NCBI GenBank assembly: GCA_013115145.1
Contig: JAAPAO010000137.1
Location: forward strand, 1-64,000
Reading direction: 5' to 3'
Length of the DNA stretch: 64,000 nt
Source: Perkinsus chesapeaki ATCC PRA-425
Taxonomy: Eukaryota > Protista > Perkinsozoa
The notes beneath the pieces are model-generated. The model ran no database searches, was not told the origin of the DNA, and worked only from the letters and a program-made list of their open reading frames with translations. Positions 46,701 through 59,589 of the stretch are shown here, one piece after another (the stretch's first letter is position 1; each line of letters opens with the position of its first letter). A program made the position numbers and the translations under genes.

Positions 46701-49442
46701 CCTCGAAAATATCTTTCAGGTGCTGGACCGTGGGCTACCGCAGCCTAAAGATTTCGATATAGTAGTGGTGGATGAAGCTGGCCAGGTGAGATGGATAGGA
46801 ATTCGAAGAAAGCCAGAAAGTAGACAATTTCCTAAATTTCAACTGTATATCAATATGGTTCACCGGACGCGCGTTGACATCGCCTCGAGAAAACAATGAA
46901 ACGGTTGATCGATATCTCATTTGGCATACCTGGTGAAAATTCTGTTTCATCCGACTTTGGCATGCCGAACCTCAGGCTGCGGACTCGACATTATGGTGCG
47001 CATTGAAGTTGGCATGCCGAGGAGCAGTACTCGTGGGCGATCAGTATCAGTTGCCGCCGGTTATTAAGGACAGGTGGCGACTCTGGTTCGATCCTCGGTA
47101 GGGACATTTTTATGCAGGAAATGTCGAGATGAGGGTATGTCGGAGACTTTCTTTGCTCGCTGTGCCCGTGACGTGACGCCGATAGAGCTCACCGCACAGT
47201 ACAGAATGCAGAGGGGAATTCAAAGATTTGTTAACGAGTTATTTTATGAAGGGAAGCTTCGATGTGGCAGTCGGGAAGTTGAAAATGCTAAAATGCCGGT
47301 AAGGAAGTGTTGCTGTACTTGGCTCTCGTTGAACTTGAAGTTAATGAATTAATAACGCATCGGCATAGAGCTCGTGGAATAAGAATATATACAGCAAAGT
47401 TTATGAGTCTTCTACTAGACAATCAATCTACACTAAGCTTAGCTCAAAGATATTTGTGTTACACAAGAGATTCTTGCAATCTTGCTAATCTTGCTTGAAT
47501 CACAAGTTAAGATTCTCACAGGAAGATTCCTGTTGCCGCCTGGACCAGTCTGCGAGCCTTCAACCCGATTTCTATGGAATCTGTGGAATGGTGCGATTGA
47601 CAACATAATGGGGACTTCAGCCAATTATTGCAGAAGTCGCAATGTTGAGAAGATTTTCACGAAATTCGCTGGTCTGTTTTTTGCTGAAGTATGATGATAG
47701 GCAACTGCACTACGCGTCAAATTCTTATCAACTTCGCTTTTTTCTCCATCTTAAAAATTCGATATCACGTATAAGTCTCTATGGGGCGCCCGGCATTTTG
47801 TGAGTATAGCTGTTATTGTTATGCACCCGTGATTTCAGTGACCTATTAACAATCGTACCAGATTTTTTGGGAACGTCCTTCGGAGTTAGGAATTCACTCG
47901 ATAACAATAACTGTCTATCTTTAGAAAATCTTCACATCCGCGTTGGCCCAGCCGTGGATGGAAGAAGTGTGGAATCCTGATCAAGCTCTAGTTATGGTCG
48001 ATGTTGGTAGAGGTCGAGATGAATCTCGTAAAGGTGATGATGATAATGAGGAAGAGGAAGATGGCAGGATATATAATAGAGAGGAGGCTCAGGTGAGGCA
48101 CTCACCGTGGGAGTAGAGTCCATCGTCCCAGTTGACCCGATTATATTATGAATATTACATCATTCGTCAACGGCAATTATATTACGAAACTGGTGCGGGT
48201 ACATTATGCTTGGGAAGAACGATTTCCTTTCGAGAGGGGACGGACGGTTGTGATGATGCACTGTTGATCAGGTTATTAGATCGTTAATAACAACGGTACC
48301 GACACACAGCCTTGCTAATGAAGATGTTGTGATACTGTCGCCCTATGTGAAACAGGTTAAATTAATAGAAGGACTTTTGGCTACGGGAGAGAGATCAAGT
48401 AAGCATGTGCAAGAGGAATTATACTATTAATACTTATCATTATCCGAATTCTATTCTTATTCTATTATTATGCGGAATTATATTAATAATAACTATCATT
48501 TTTAAGCGCACAATTTCACCGCGCCATGATACTATCGCCTCTAAGTGGCACAACAACGGGTTGCGAGATAGTTAAAATCGGTAGCGTTTCGGAACGCTAT
48601 TCTCATATCAGTAGCTTCCATAAACGTGTTCATCATCCCATACCGATTTTGCCGTCAGATGTGGAGGTTATGACGGTAGACCGTTCTCAAGGGCGAGACT
48701 GGAAGGTTGTCATCATATCTTTGGTTCGATCGCGTAAGAGCGTATCATCTCATGATGGCAGCAGCAGCAGTAGCAAGACCGCCGACGTTCTTGGTAGGGT
48801 TCTTCAGTTTGATTAATGAAGGGATCCTTTCTTGGGAGCTACATGGCTTGATCGATAGTTGTAGATTATTCTTGGAGACTTTTGAAATTCCAAGAATGAA
48901 AGCAGCTCACGCAGCCTATCCATTGCTGGTTGCAGTGCCGCTGCTGTCATTAGATTATTAATAATAATGGCAAATGAGAGTAACATTTATAATAAGTATT
49001 TAACCATGAAACACTAACAGCGATCATTTCACTGGTGTGGGGATCGTACTCCTACTCCTCGGGTGCCGCGAATTCCTAATAGGAGCTTGGACTTCCGTCA
49101 TCTAAGAATCTGTATGTCGGGGAATGTGTTCCGAGAGCATAAAGGGATGTAACATTCACTCCTGGATGCTCTTAGTGTGCCTCCATGGGTCCCTGGAAAT
49201 TGATAGAAGTTATGGTAGACCTCTCAAAGTTATTATTTTCGCTTGACTCCACAGGTTTGCTGGATGATTGGCGGCGGTTGAATGTCGCCATCACTCGAGC
49301 GAAGTTGAAGGTTATCATTGTGTGCTCGCCGGAGTATCTTACCGAGGTCGCAACTGAGCAAGATGGCCAGGGAGCTGCGGTGCTGAGACGACTTATTGAA
49401 CTGTGCCGATCTAATGGGAGTTTAATTTCTGCCTTGCATTGA
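40769..49442 (+). CDS. DNA2: DNA2 nuclease-helicase, multi-exon
   Basis: Nuclease region LVFHPSILLSGTTVSNTLPCQRK..FGLKGKIDAV..LEIKTGK..GQVTLYHLL; Fe-S cysteines LPC plus spliced CQRCQLAPHC; SF1 helicase motifs LNDGQ, GYPGTGKS, SHTHTAVDNLL, VVDEAGQ, VGDQYQLPP, LTAQYRM, TVDRSQGRD, RRLNVAITRAK. Confidence 0.93.
41378..41403 (-). repeat. Degenerate copy of the hairpin motif, antisense, 6 nt inside a DNA2 intron donor
   Basis: Minus strand AATCTACCCGCTTCAACCTAAGATT. Confidence 0.5.
42173..42244 (-). tRNA. trnD-GTC: tRNA-Asp(GTC), antisense inside a DNA2 intron ending at ~42289
   Basis: TCCGCTG/CGGCGGA acceptor, CCTGC-CT-GTC-AC-GCAGG anticodon arm, CCGGG-TTCAATT-CCCGG T-arm; T-tracts downstream. 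Confidence 0.94.
44281..44301 (+). repeat. Partial hairpin motif that supplies the 3' splice AG of a DNA2 intron
   Basis: GCACGCTCAACCTCTCAG|ATG; splicing here restores ECQR|CQLAPHC. Confidence 0.65.
46508..46544 (+). repeat. Degenerate hairpin motif just before a DNA2 acceptor
   Basis: ACCTAATTTGCATCTTGCGCCCTTAACCTAAAGATTC then TTAG|. Confidence 0.5.
46862..46970 (+). mobile_element. Degenerate fragment related to the TIR of the 15617-17014 element, inside a DNA2 intron
   Basis: 25-bp identity atgaaacggttgatcgatatctcat (46896-46920 vs ~16879-16903), followed by collinear t.gtgaaaat and tttgg(g)cat blocks. Confidence 0.6.
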
Positions 49443-49821
49443 TAACATTTTATCGACCGAGCATGTTATTCCCTGCTGGATTTGAGACAGCAGCATACTT
49501 GCATACTCGAAGTGTCGAGTTAACGAAAGGATTAATATGACGGATTAAATTTTGACTAGCACGGCGCGATGTGGCATTTTTATGGAATTTTAGTTACGAT
49601 CTTAGGGACGCGGAACATTCCCAAATAAGTGTATTTGTCGGTCTACGAATTGAAGTTCTCTTGTCGAATGGAGCTGATGAAACAGGTTACCAAAACTCCA
49701 AGAAGTTTTCACTGGTTTACTACTGCAAAATTACGGTTTTTCATTCTCACCTTTATTTTAGATTTCGCCTAGTCTTACCCTCAATAAAATTTCATATCGA
49801 CTTTTCCTCATATTTTCATTC

Positions 49822-50352
49822 ATGCCGGTACCTCCTCCTGTGTACAATGTTAACTGGACCAGAATACATGAACTGTTGGAAAATAGCGATGCTCTCGTTA
49901 GGGAGGCGGTGAGCCCTCTAGAGGCTCCAGCTGACCTTTGGATGAACGCCCGCCATTTTATTGATGGAACATTTCATTTTATTATTTTCACGGTGAGGCT
50001 TCTTCTTCGATATTGTTGTGGCTGTATGAGAGGAATTGTTCTTTTCATTTCATCCGCTGTTGCGCAGTGCTGAACAGAAGGTTATTAATTTGCCTTGATC
50101 GAAAGGCAGCGCGATATGTCACTGTCGGTGATTTGGGCCGAGGAGTAACTCCTCAGGAGTTCGATCAATCATGGATTACTTGTTGATTCTCATCACTCTG
50201 ACCGAGTCGTTCAATTTCCAATTCCTGTCAGTTGAGTAGCTAGAGTAATTGTGTGTTGTCAGGTTGTGATTGGTGGTATGGTGTTGATGACTCTAGCATG
50301 CTCTAAGGCGTTGGATGACGATGAACCCGTGAAGCATGATAAATGCCAATAG
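49822..50352 (+). CDS. Small hypothetical single-pass membrane protein (2-exon model)
   Basis: MPVPPPVYNVNWTRIHELL..FHFIIFT|VVIGGMVLMTLACSKALDDDEPVKHDKCQ*; the GT-AG join is in frame; no family recognised. Confidence 0.35.
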
Positions 50353-53300
50353 TCTCCCTCCTTCTCCTGACGTATTGTGTTTATCATCTATGCCTGGTTC
50401 GGGAATTCTGATTCGTAATTTATACTCTATATCTGCAGCATGTTAATAAATATGGTCTATTAATTAATAAGCAGATTCGGTTAACAAATAAATACCGTGT
50501 TATCCATGAGACTTTCATCCAGCCTATTGTATTTTTATTATTTCTTGGGTCAGCGAAGTCCTAATGCATTAATCGCGTATAGTTTAACCGTTGAGGAAAG
50601 GACGAGCAACTAGCAACTAGCAATCGTGCTCTTGCAAGCGGGCTTCGAAGAGCGTCTACCTCGGCGTTGGGCCTGCTCTCTTTCCATCGTTGCGGTTGTC
50701 AATGCCATCATGTCATTCTGTGGAACGTGGAAACATATATTTATTTGAAGTATTTGATACTTATAACGCTATAGAACGTAGGGAAAGAGATCGAACGCAG
50801 TTTCAAGTCTTTTATTAATGACAACACACTTTGGATCATACAAGCTATTTCCTCGAGTTAGCATTCTTCGGCATCTCAAGTCGATGCACATCGCGTAGGC
50901 TAGAAAGAGTATGACGTCTTGATCGGTTGTGTAGATACTACCCTGGCCGGGAGCACACTGAAGTTGCGAAACGGCTGGTGATGAGCGTTACCAGCGAGCC
51001 TGTGAAACAAAAGTTCCCGGAGTTCACGGTGAGGCTTACTCATCTTCGGGTCATTTCTATCAATTGACCGTTATATGTTTGCATGTGGCGATTTGACAGC
51101 CATAAGTTCAGTGATTGCTAAGTTGTTGTCGTATCGGGTTTAATTCATTTCAGAGATCCTTAATAGGGAACAATCAAGTTGGTCTTGGCTTTTTCTGATC
51201 AGCTACGGTAGCCTTTCTGCTGCTAAGGTTAATCGGAACTTCTGATGCCACTATCTTCCTGCAACTACTCGGCTCCAGCAACTCGAGGAAATACTTAACT
51301 ATCCACCGAATAGTGTTCAGGCGACTTGGGAGCTACTCGGTTATGATGGCCCTGCTACAGTCGACGTTGAGTTCCTCAATGGTGACAAAAAGCGGTATTT
51401 GGCCGATCATTTTTCCGACGGTGAAATGAATGGTATAGTGGAGAACTGGAAGTTCCAAGGTAGAGACTGAAGCATACATCGCTTGGCTTGTTACTCTAAA
51501 ATCCGAAAAACGCTCCTTATTCCCATGCTTGAATCTATACCATACCCCGGGCAGTCTGTTACCTCCGGATAGATCGCCCCTCAAACTCGGCTCGAAATTA
51601 TCGTATTCGTTATACGCTCGTGTCTGTGCCTGCCCGTGCGATCTCGCAATTCCACACATTCTTGGCGTCGCTTCGATTTTGTCGTTTTCAGCCAATTTGG
51701 AATACAATACTAATCATTCCTTATCAGAGGGAGATAAAAAGGATGGTTGAGGACGGTCATCACTTCTGTGAGGCATGTAACTGTTTCTGTTAATGTACCG
51801 CTTCGATCGTGTTTGTGTCAATACCGCTAGGGAACAAGTTGTTCCGAGCAACATGCAATAGAACTTTTTCAGGTGTGTTGCTCCGAATTCAACGATTGTA
51901 TACTCTTGCCTACGGTGTTGGGTGGCGGGCCAGATTCTGTCCCCGCCGGGACTATCCGGTCTCAAAGATCCGCCGTACAGGTTGTGCTACGGTAGTTTTT
52001 GATTTTTTAATTTGTTAATTAGTTTAATTAGTCTTCGAGAAAAGGCTCTTATTGCAGGTACCTTAAGAAGGTCTTAAGCCTGCGTTCGAAAATTGTTCTT
52101 CGGTGCACAACGTGTACTTGACGAGTTGTACAGGATTTCCCCGCAGTGGAGTGCAAGTCTCAATCACTAAGGTTGAATATTACTGAGACTACATTTGCAT
52201 ACGAGCGAACTATGAATGACACTCTCCGAATTTCGGAGACCGAAAGAGCATAACTCATCAAGGCTTTCGCAAGCTCTATACTATAGAGCTATACAGCGAT
52301 GCTATAGAGTCTATAGCCTCGCTGGAGAGCATCGAGCAAAATCCTCAAAACTTCTGAGAAGGATTGCCGTCCACGACGTCCCGTCGGCAAGGCCGAACCG
52401 GTATTTGAGTCACGGTCCACGACTCGCGACTCGTAAGCTACGAGCCTACTCTCAAGATCTATCGCTTTTTTCCGGGAGGTGGGAGCCGGAGAAATGGTCG
52501 GATCATCAATTACCAATGCGTGTTATGCCCAAAGATGCTTATTAAGCATATTGTCGTTCTGTCCGCGCCTATGATTCATGAGGCACCAGTGACTGCAGTC
52601 CGATTGATAGGATATGGGCGTGTGCCTCACTGAGGCTGCCTCGGAAATATCAGGGCTGCAGGGCTGATGTTCGCAGGGAGGCTGCCAACTGTGTTCGAAG
52701 GAGAGTTTGATAAGACTGACTGAGTGAAGTTGCACACGTGTCAGTGCGCGTCTCTAGAAGGCTCACGACGGATAACTCTGTTTTCCGGTCTTCTCAGCCA
52801 CCGAGCTAATGCCGCCGCCAGCGGTCCGCCGGAGTATGATTGAGTCGTCCATTTCATGGATTCCATTATGGCCCACGATTCATAGGTTTCACACCTTTTA
52901 CATACAGGCTGTTATTTACGTGCTCGCGAGCGCGATAAGCTTAACGTATTACCGTAAAAATCGGTTTGGCTCCCCAACTCTGGGATCGGAACGGTCGTTC
53001 GCACGCTTCCCACGGCCCGTCTGCCCACGTTGTTCAAAAGATGACCGTCAAGCCTTTCGAACATCGTTTGAGGTGCTTCTTCCCAAGGCGAATATTGCTG
53101 CTTGACGGTCAAGCAGTAATATTCGCCTCGGGAAGAAGCACCTCTCAACGCATAAATTCGGAGCGCAACACAGACGCCCTGTTCTTTTGAGCAATAAGTT
53201 GTAAGAGGACCCGGCTCATTTTGCGGGCGATTTTACAGTCATCATGCTATCTTGTGGGCCACAAGTTGCGGCTAATTGATACTCTTGTTCAATGAAGTGT

Positions 53301-54744
53301 TCATCTATAGTAGATGAAATAAACACAGTAACTGTGTTTATTGATAAAGGTTTCCCTCCTCTATGTTTAAGCTGTCAATGACTGATGACTCATAGTTGCT
53401 GATGACAATGACCTTAATCTTGACTTGACTGTGTACTGCTTCATTGTTTCCTTTACGTAGCCAGGCTACGGTAGCCGAAATGAGAACATCAGTAATACTG
53501 GCGATACTGGCTTAGGCAAGTACTTTCTGCTGGAACACGTAGCCAGCATTTTGAGAAACCCTGGCTGTCTTGCGTCAGACCGTTACCCATTAGCCTTTCT
53601 GCCGGATAAAACAGCCTGGGATCGATTCTGGAGACTGACTCAGTCTGACTGAGAGTCCGGCTTTCGTTGCAACTTGAAGGTGCAGGGCCTAAACAGACTG
53701 GCTACTGTTCTGCCCGACCTCAGGTCGGCGACCTGGAGGAATGGAGCATGCATATCACTCGCCAACATTGGAGACTATGTTTATGTTCAGGTCGCCTGAA
53801 TCAGGTGGGGTCAGGCTAAAGGAGTAATTCTTCCCTGGAGTGATGTGCCAGCCAGCAAAGTGACATACGCGACAATAATGTCAAAGTCGAGGCTTCGCTT
53901 CGATGATATTGAAGCCACCGGCTGCCTCAATTGTAACGACGCATCGTTAACCCTCCTGCTACGGTTCCTGTGTCCGCGTTAAGTCCTACGTATCCACCGT
54001 GCACTGCTCCCAGCGTAAGCTCGAGAAGCTTGCTGGCAGTATCAGTAGAGACTCGAAGGGCTCTGTGTTCCCGCAGAGGTCAGCCACACGGTCCTCATTG
54101 TCGGACGATAAACTGAATTTTGTCCTACGAGATCACTATGTGCCACATAGTATGTGGTCCCCAAGGATATGCTCAGCTTTGTTTGCAAGCACTTCGAAGT
54201 TCTAACTTCCATCTACCTCAAGCTGCTTCAGCAGCACCACCAGCACAGAAGGGTCGCAGAGACTCGTGGTTGGTATGGACTTTGCCGGTGGCACTGATAA
54301 AGTAGCCGTACGTCCTGCTGGACTATCCGGTGGACATGGAACAGCAGGAAGCTGTTCAGCACTGCTGGACAGCAGGAAATACTCGAGACTCACCATTTGA
54401 AAGATCGTTTATTAGCTGGAGCCGCTCGAGCAGAGGTTCCACTTGTTGTTCAGTTGTCGTAACAAACAACTCCAGTTTTTGGCCGGGCCATCATCTAACG
54501 CCTGCTGGTTATGCGGTATCGTCGAAGAAATGTCAGGGGAGGAACGTGTTCGCACCGGAGTATGGCGAGGGATTCTCGCCGAGAATTGGTGGGAAAAGAC
54601 TCTCCATGATAAAAAGTGCACTGTGCGCAAGAGAACCCCCCACCACGTAAACGAACAGGAGTATATGCCTTTAGTGTCTCGCGATAACCTGCTTCCTCCT
54701 ACCTTGCTTTCACACTTTAATGGGAGTGATCCGTAGTGTCTTTG

Positions 54745-54791
54745 ATGCATATGCATGCAGCATGCAGTATGCAGTTTCCTGCATACTGCAT
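54745..54791. other. TGCA-rich palindrome cluster with a perfect 13-bp hairpin
   Basis: ATGCATATGCAT palindrome (54745-54756), then ATGCAGTATGCAG-tttc-CTGCATACTGCAT (54762-54791). Confidence 0.85.
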
Positions 54792-56546
54792 AGGTACGTA
54801 CAGGGATGTAGGGCTCATCTTAACGAGAGCCCCGATTCCTGAGAAATCCCAATTTTAAGATTACCACTGTGAACTTACAGTGAACGTACGGCGCTGTGGA
54901 GTTCCAAGGATACTCCTGGATGCCAATCATGAGATCCCACAAGGCGAGTGACTCACCGTGAGATTGGAGCTAGCCGAGCTTCTTCCAACTTTTCATCTAT
55001 TTGCAATCCATCCATCCCACTCGTACCGTACGAGTCGTACGCTGAGTTATGTTCTTTACCAGCACAAATCGTCTAGCTCGGGACTCATTAACAAGATTTG
55101 GCGAACACAGCAGTGAATCTTAGTATAAGGTGTCACCTTAAAGATGATTTGCAACCCTATTAATACAATTTGGAGCTGCAATTGAGACAACTTATTGATT
55201 AAGTCTTAGTCCGCGGCCTCAGGGGCTACACCTTCAAATATACAATACATGACAGTTTCATGTTCATTTCCGGACGAGCCGCTGACACTCCGAACTGCAT
55301 ATTGGGCGAGCACGAAAGATACAATAAAGAATACAAGATAGTGATGAAGATCAATCGCCCGCTGAAAGATACAGTAACGCTCCATGTTATCATTATACTT
55401 CGAAGTACCGAACTGTACTCTTTCTCACGACCGGGAGTTCTCGATAGCGTTATCATCCGTCAATAACGATAAGCACAAGGCGATAACTGATCGCCGATGA
55501 TGGAGCCAGGGAAGGCTTCTTGCTTACTCTCGCAAGGGAATCAGAAAACCGCGCAGCGGAGCAGCCGGCGCTCAATGGATAGCATACTCTTCCACTTGGT
55601 CGTGGGGGACTGCTCCCCCATCTTGGGGGCCCCACAAGCGCTACGGCATGTGTAGTGCAAGTGGTAATCACAAAACGTCGTGAATAGTCAATGACTATAT
55701 GCTATGCTCTTTTCGGTTGATATATCAGTTTTGTTTGTTTTTGGTAGTTTAATTAAATGATGGGTATCTTTGTTAGAAGATGTTACACAATTTCTGGGAG
55801 GTCGCGAGTTCGTACGATCGATCTGGGTTTGGCCGTGAAAGTTTCGGACTCGGAATTTTCCAGCACCTTACTCGGAAAAAATGATGGGAAACTGCCAGAT
55901 TCGTGAAATTATGGTCAACTCTGCTCCGCAAGTTACAGATGAAACTGACGCCACCAGCAAAGTCGCCGACATCGGGGAAAGCAATAATGGTGGAATGGTC
56001 CGACAGCAGCTAGCCTCACTTGGATATAACGTACTTACGAAGAAAAATAAGTACGAAATCAACAGTTTAACAATCACAACGATCTCAAGTCCCCTGAAAC
56101 TAAGGACATGACTGCCCATTAACTCAAACATCTGCTCATCATGCAGTCCATGGCATGAGATTGATAGCATGCGTGTCGGACATTGTGTGTCTTATTTCAA
56201 ATCGGTTGCTTATGGATTGTTATGAACTTTCTATCGGATGCTTAAGGACTTTAGTATGTCTAGCAAATATGTTCTCCAAGTCGATAAAGTCTACTCAGCA
56301 TGATTAGTAAACTCTCTTCTTGCTCGACATCCACGGACAATATGCTTCAATTTTGCCCTTCTGTACATCCTACTCTGTCGAACCGACTCCTCGAATCGAC
56401 TCCGACAGTGTCGCATCCGAACCGATAATATGAAAGCTCCTTTCAGAAAGGTGCAAGTGCTACAAGTACCTAGTAACGACTGTTTCGTTGCTAACATGGT
56501 TCGAATCGCGCCCTAACTGAAGATCCATCGAATTCTCTCAGGGAAA

Positions 56547-59226
56547 CAGGAAGTTGCTTCTGGGTTTGGAGAGAGCTCCGACGAGATGCACTCAGTGCAG
56601 CCCAGGGCCACCTCCACAGCGCCCGAGGCGAAAGAGTCGTATACGTGAATAAGCTCGATAAGATGCCTGAGTTCGGAAATAAGTGCGGAGTAGCTGCCGC
56701 AGTGCGTCGGGGCCTCAAGGCACTAGGCAAGGAAGAGGAGTGCGAGTGGCTACCTGAGACGTACATCCTACCAAAGGTGGGCTACAACAGAATTAAAGGA
56801 TTACAAAACGTCAAAGGGGAACTCATCAAGCTCAGGAAAGCAAGTCCGCCGTGGCTGCAGTGAAACGGTCAACGAACGATACTTACTGGATTATAAAGCC
56901 AAAGTCATTGAACAGAGGAATGGGGATAAAAGTGAGGATCATCTCATACTACCGACCAAGGTGGCTACATTGGCCTGGCCAATATATTACTTAGCCTACT
57001 GTGTATTAGTGTATACCAGTACTAGTGGTACACAATGTTTTACTATTGTTGATACTAATGATGTGAGCCAGACTCGCAGTGAAGCTGGAAGTTACAGTCT
57101 GTAAAGGGAACCATCTTACCAAGCAGCCCACGTATATTAATTGATAATTTGACTTCCTCTCGGTACCCTTCTGCTAAGGCTAGCATAGATACTTGACCGA
57201 TCGGAATCGTTGGAATACTTGCGGGCTCACAGCGAGCAACTAAGCAGCCAAGGAGTCCTCCAGCGTTACATTCCTAACCCTTTGCTCCTCGAAGGTTGCA
57301 AATGTGATGTCAGAATGTATCTATTAATCACAAGGACGCAGCCGTTGAAGGTAAGATTGTGTAACGACTACATGAGAACCATTCGATCCTGACTTAATAA
57401 CAATTCTAATCTCTGGTGTCTGGAAGAATTCTACTAGAAATAGATCTTTAATTACAGGACTTTTATCGATGATTAATATTACTATTATTATTGCCACTGT
57501 ACCAGATTAAATAGTGAATATCATATCTAAGCCGTTGTATGATACATACAATATAGGGCATGAACCGATTCGGCTTAATCTACGTTCTTATGGGTCCTTT
57601 TGTAGTCGTCCCATTTTATAGGCTTACTTCGCCCGAGGTTACGTAAGGCGCACGTTGGCGGCCTATTCGAACGATATGTCTGATCGTCCGGCGCATCTTA
57701 CGAATCAAGCTGTTCAGAAGAAGCTAGGAACGGAATACGAGAATAGGAAACATGACTCTACATGGTGAAGCATTCGACACTCCAATATTCAACTTTGAAC
57801 ACTAAAGTTAACAGCTTAAAGGACAAGTTGTTTTGCAAAAGCGACCTCCCCTTCTCCAGCGGAATGTCTTTCAGATGTATCAGTGCCGGTAGCTCCAACT
57901 GAACTATACCGAAAGGTGTAGGAGTGTTGCTCCACTAAATCTTAATTCTTCCAACAAGTCTACCGAGTCATAAACGTCAGAAACTACATTGCTCTGAGAG
58001 CAATGGCCTCAAAAAAGGCTCACACGCAATGCATGTAGCGAAGTTGAAATATTTTTTGACTGTGTAATATGGATTGCTCACACAATGCACCCACTTTCAC
58101 GCCTATCGAAACTGCGACCAAGCTCGTGAGCAGTAGCTGTGTTGAAAATTTACTGCTCTTGGAACTTCCAAGTTGGAAGCTCAGACGTCTGGTTTGCTGC
58201 TAGGAGCCTCAATCAGCTATGCGAGTATCTCTCATCCATATCATCTCATAACACCGATCCAAGCTGGTGGATGGATCACTGGTATATTGACAATTTCGAG
58301 CCGACGGTCATAGAGATGGCTGCAATTGCACTTGAAGGGGTGCGGAGTGACTTGGGCAGGTGAACAATGGCAAGCACCTGACCCACGCACGGACCTGGTG
58401 GAGAGTAGCTGGCGTATCCGAACGTATATTAGGTCTGTGATGATGCGGATTAGTGGTACAATTATTGGTGGCGAGATCTTCGGCTACGATGTCCTGCCGA
58501 GTGCTGATCTGAAACCTTACCTTCTGGAATTCAATTCCAATCCCGCTATATTCACCAATACAAGAGTTCTTCAAGAAGTAGGTATGGGGATGTTTCCGGC
58601 ACTCGCACTTGCCCTCTTATTCGTCCTATTCTTTAGAAGCGATTGATAATCGCAGGATTTTCAGTGAGAACTCACTCTACGAGTTAAATGAGTTAATGAA
58701 GTTCTCGCGAAATCCTAAACGAGTTACCTTCACTAATTATCATTTCATGCTGGTCTTGTTGGTCGTCGCGGTAAGTGGTCATCTTGCCGGTTCTGTATAT
58801 GACCTTCATTCTGGTAGCAGCATAGCCATGCTTCATAACATCGCTACGTATGCTGCATACGCGTAGGTCAAGGGCGTACATAGCATTCAATGGTGGGTGT
58901 GAGTTTATAGTCCAACGCCAAAAATGGCTTAGTTGGACTATTTGCCGTATGTTATGGATCTCTACATATTATTGGACCAGAGCCCTGACATTGGCACTCT
59001 TTCAGTTTCTAATTTTTCTTCGGAGCAACATCCAAAAGTACGACTTATCTTGTGTACGTAGGTTATCCCGCCGATAATCAAGCAGGCTATTGAGCTCATT
59101 GAGTTTGATAATCATCAGTTTGCAAGCCCTCTTAGTAACCAGCCGTATCCAGCACCATCGGAACTCGGACCGTGGCAACTGATTATTGATGATGAGAAAA
59201 AGCATACATTTGTGCCATCCAAGTGA
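56547..59226 (+). CDS. TTLL10: Tubulin-tyrosine-ligase-like protein, TTLL10 (polyglycylase)-like; 5' exons not resolved
   Basis: EWLPETYILP; WIIKPKSLNRGMGI; VLQRYIPNPLLLEGCKCDVRMYLLI; RGYVRRT..HLTNQAVQKK; GYDVL..KPYLLEFNSNPAIFTNTRVLQE|VIPPIIKQAIEL. Confidence 0.8.
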
Positions 59227-59589
59227 ACTGTTTCAAATGCCTGGATTTGTATTTGCCGCTTCTCTGTGATTATTAAATTAAACCATAAAGTTAAATCGCT
59301 TAAGTATCTAATCGTATGGATTCGTTGCTTCTAAGTTATGTCCTGATTTCTCTCTGTTCAAGTTCGTACCAAGGGGCCATAGAGGAAGATTAACTATTCT
59401 CAAATGCTGTAGGCCACATTGGCGCTTATACAATTGATGTTTCTCCTCACTCCTGCGAAACATCTCATATTCCTATTACGCTTCCAATGCGATAATACCA
59501 ATTATTAATGAGAAGTGTAGTATCAATTATAAGCACCTTCGCTACGCGAATGTGGATTCCCATCGGACTGCTCAAGGTTGATTCCCCCT

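Noticed and set aside
50400-56500. LTR or LINE retroelement in the gene-poor stretch
   Set aside because: No RT (YxDD), integrase, RNase H or LTR pair recognised; short ORFs are uninformative and the region is left unannotated
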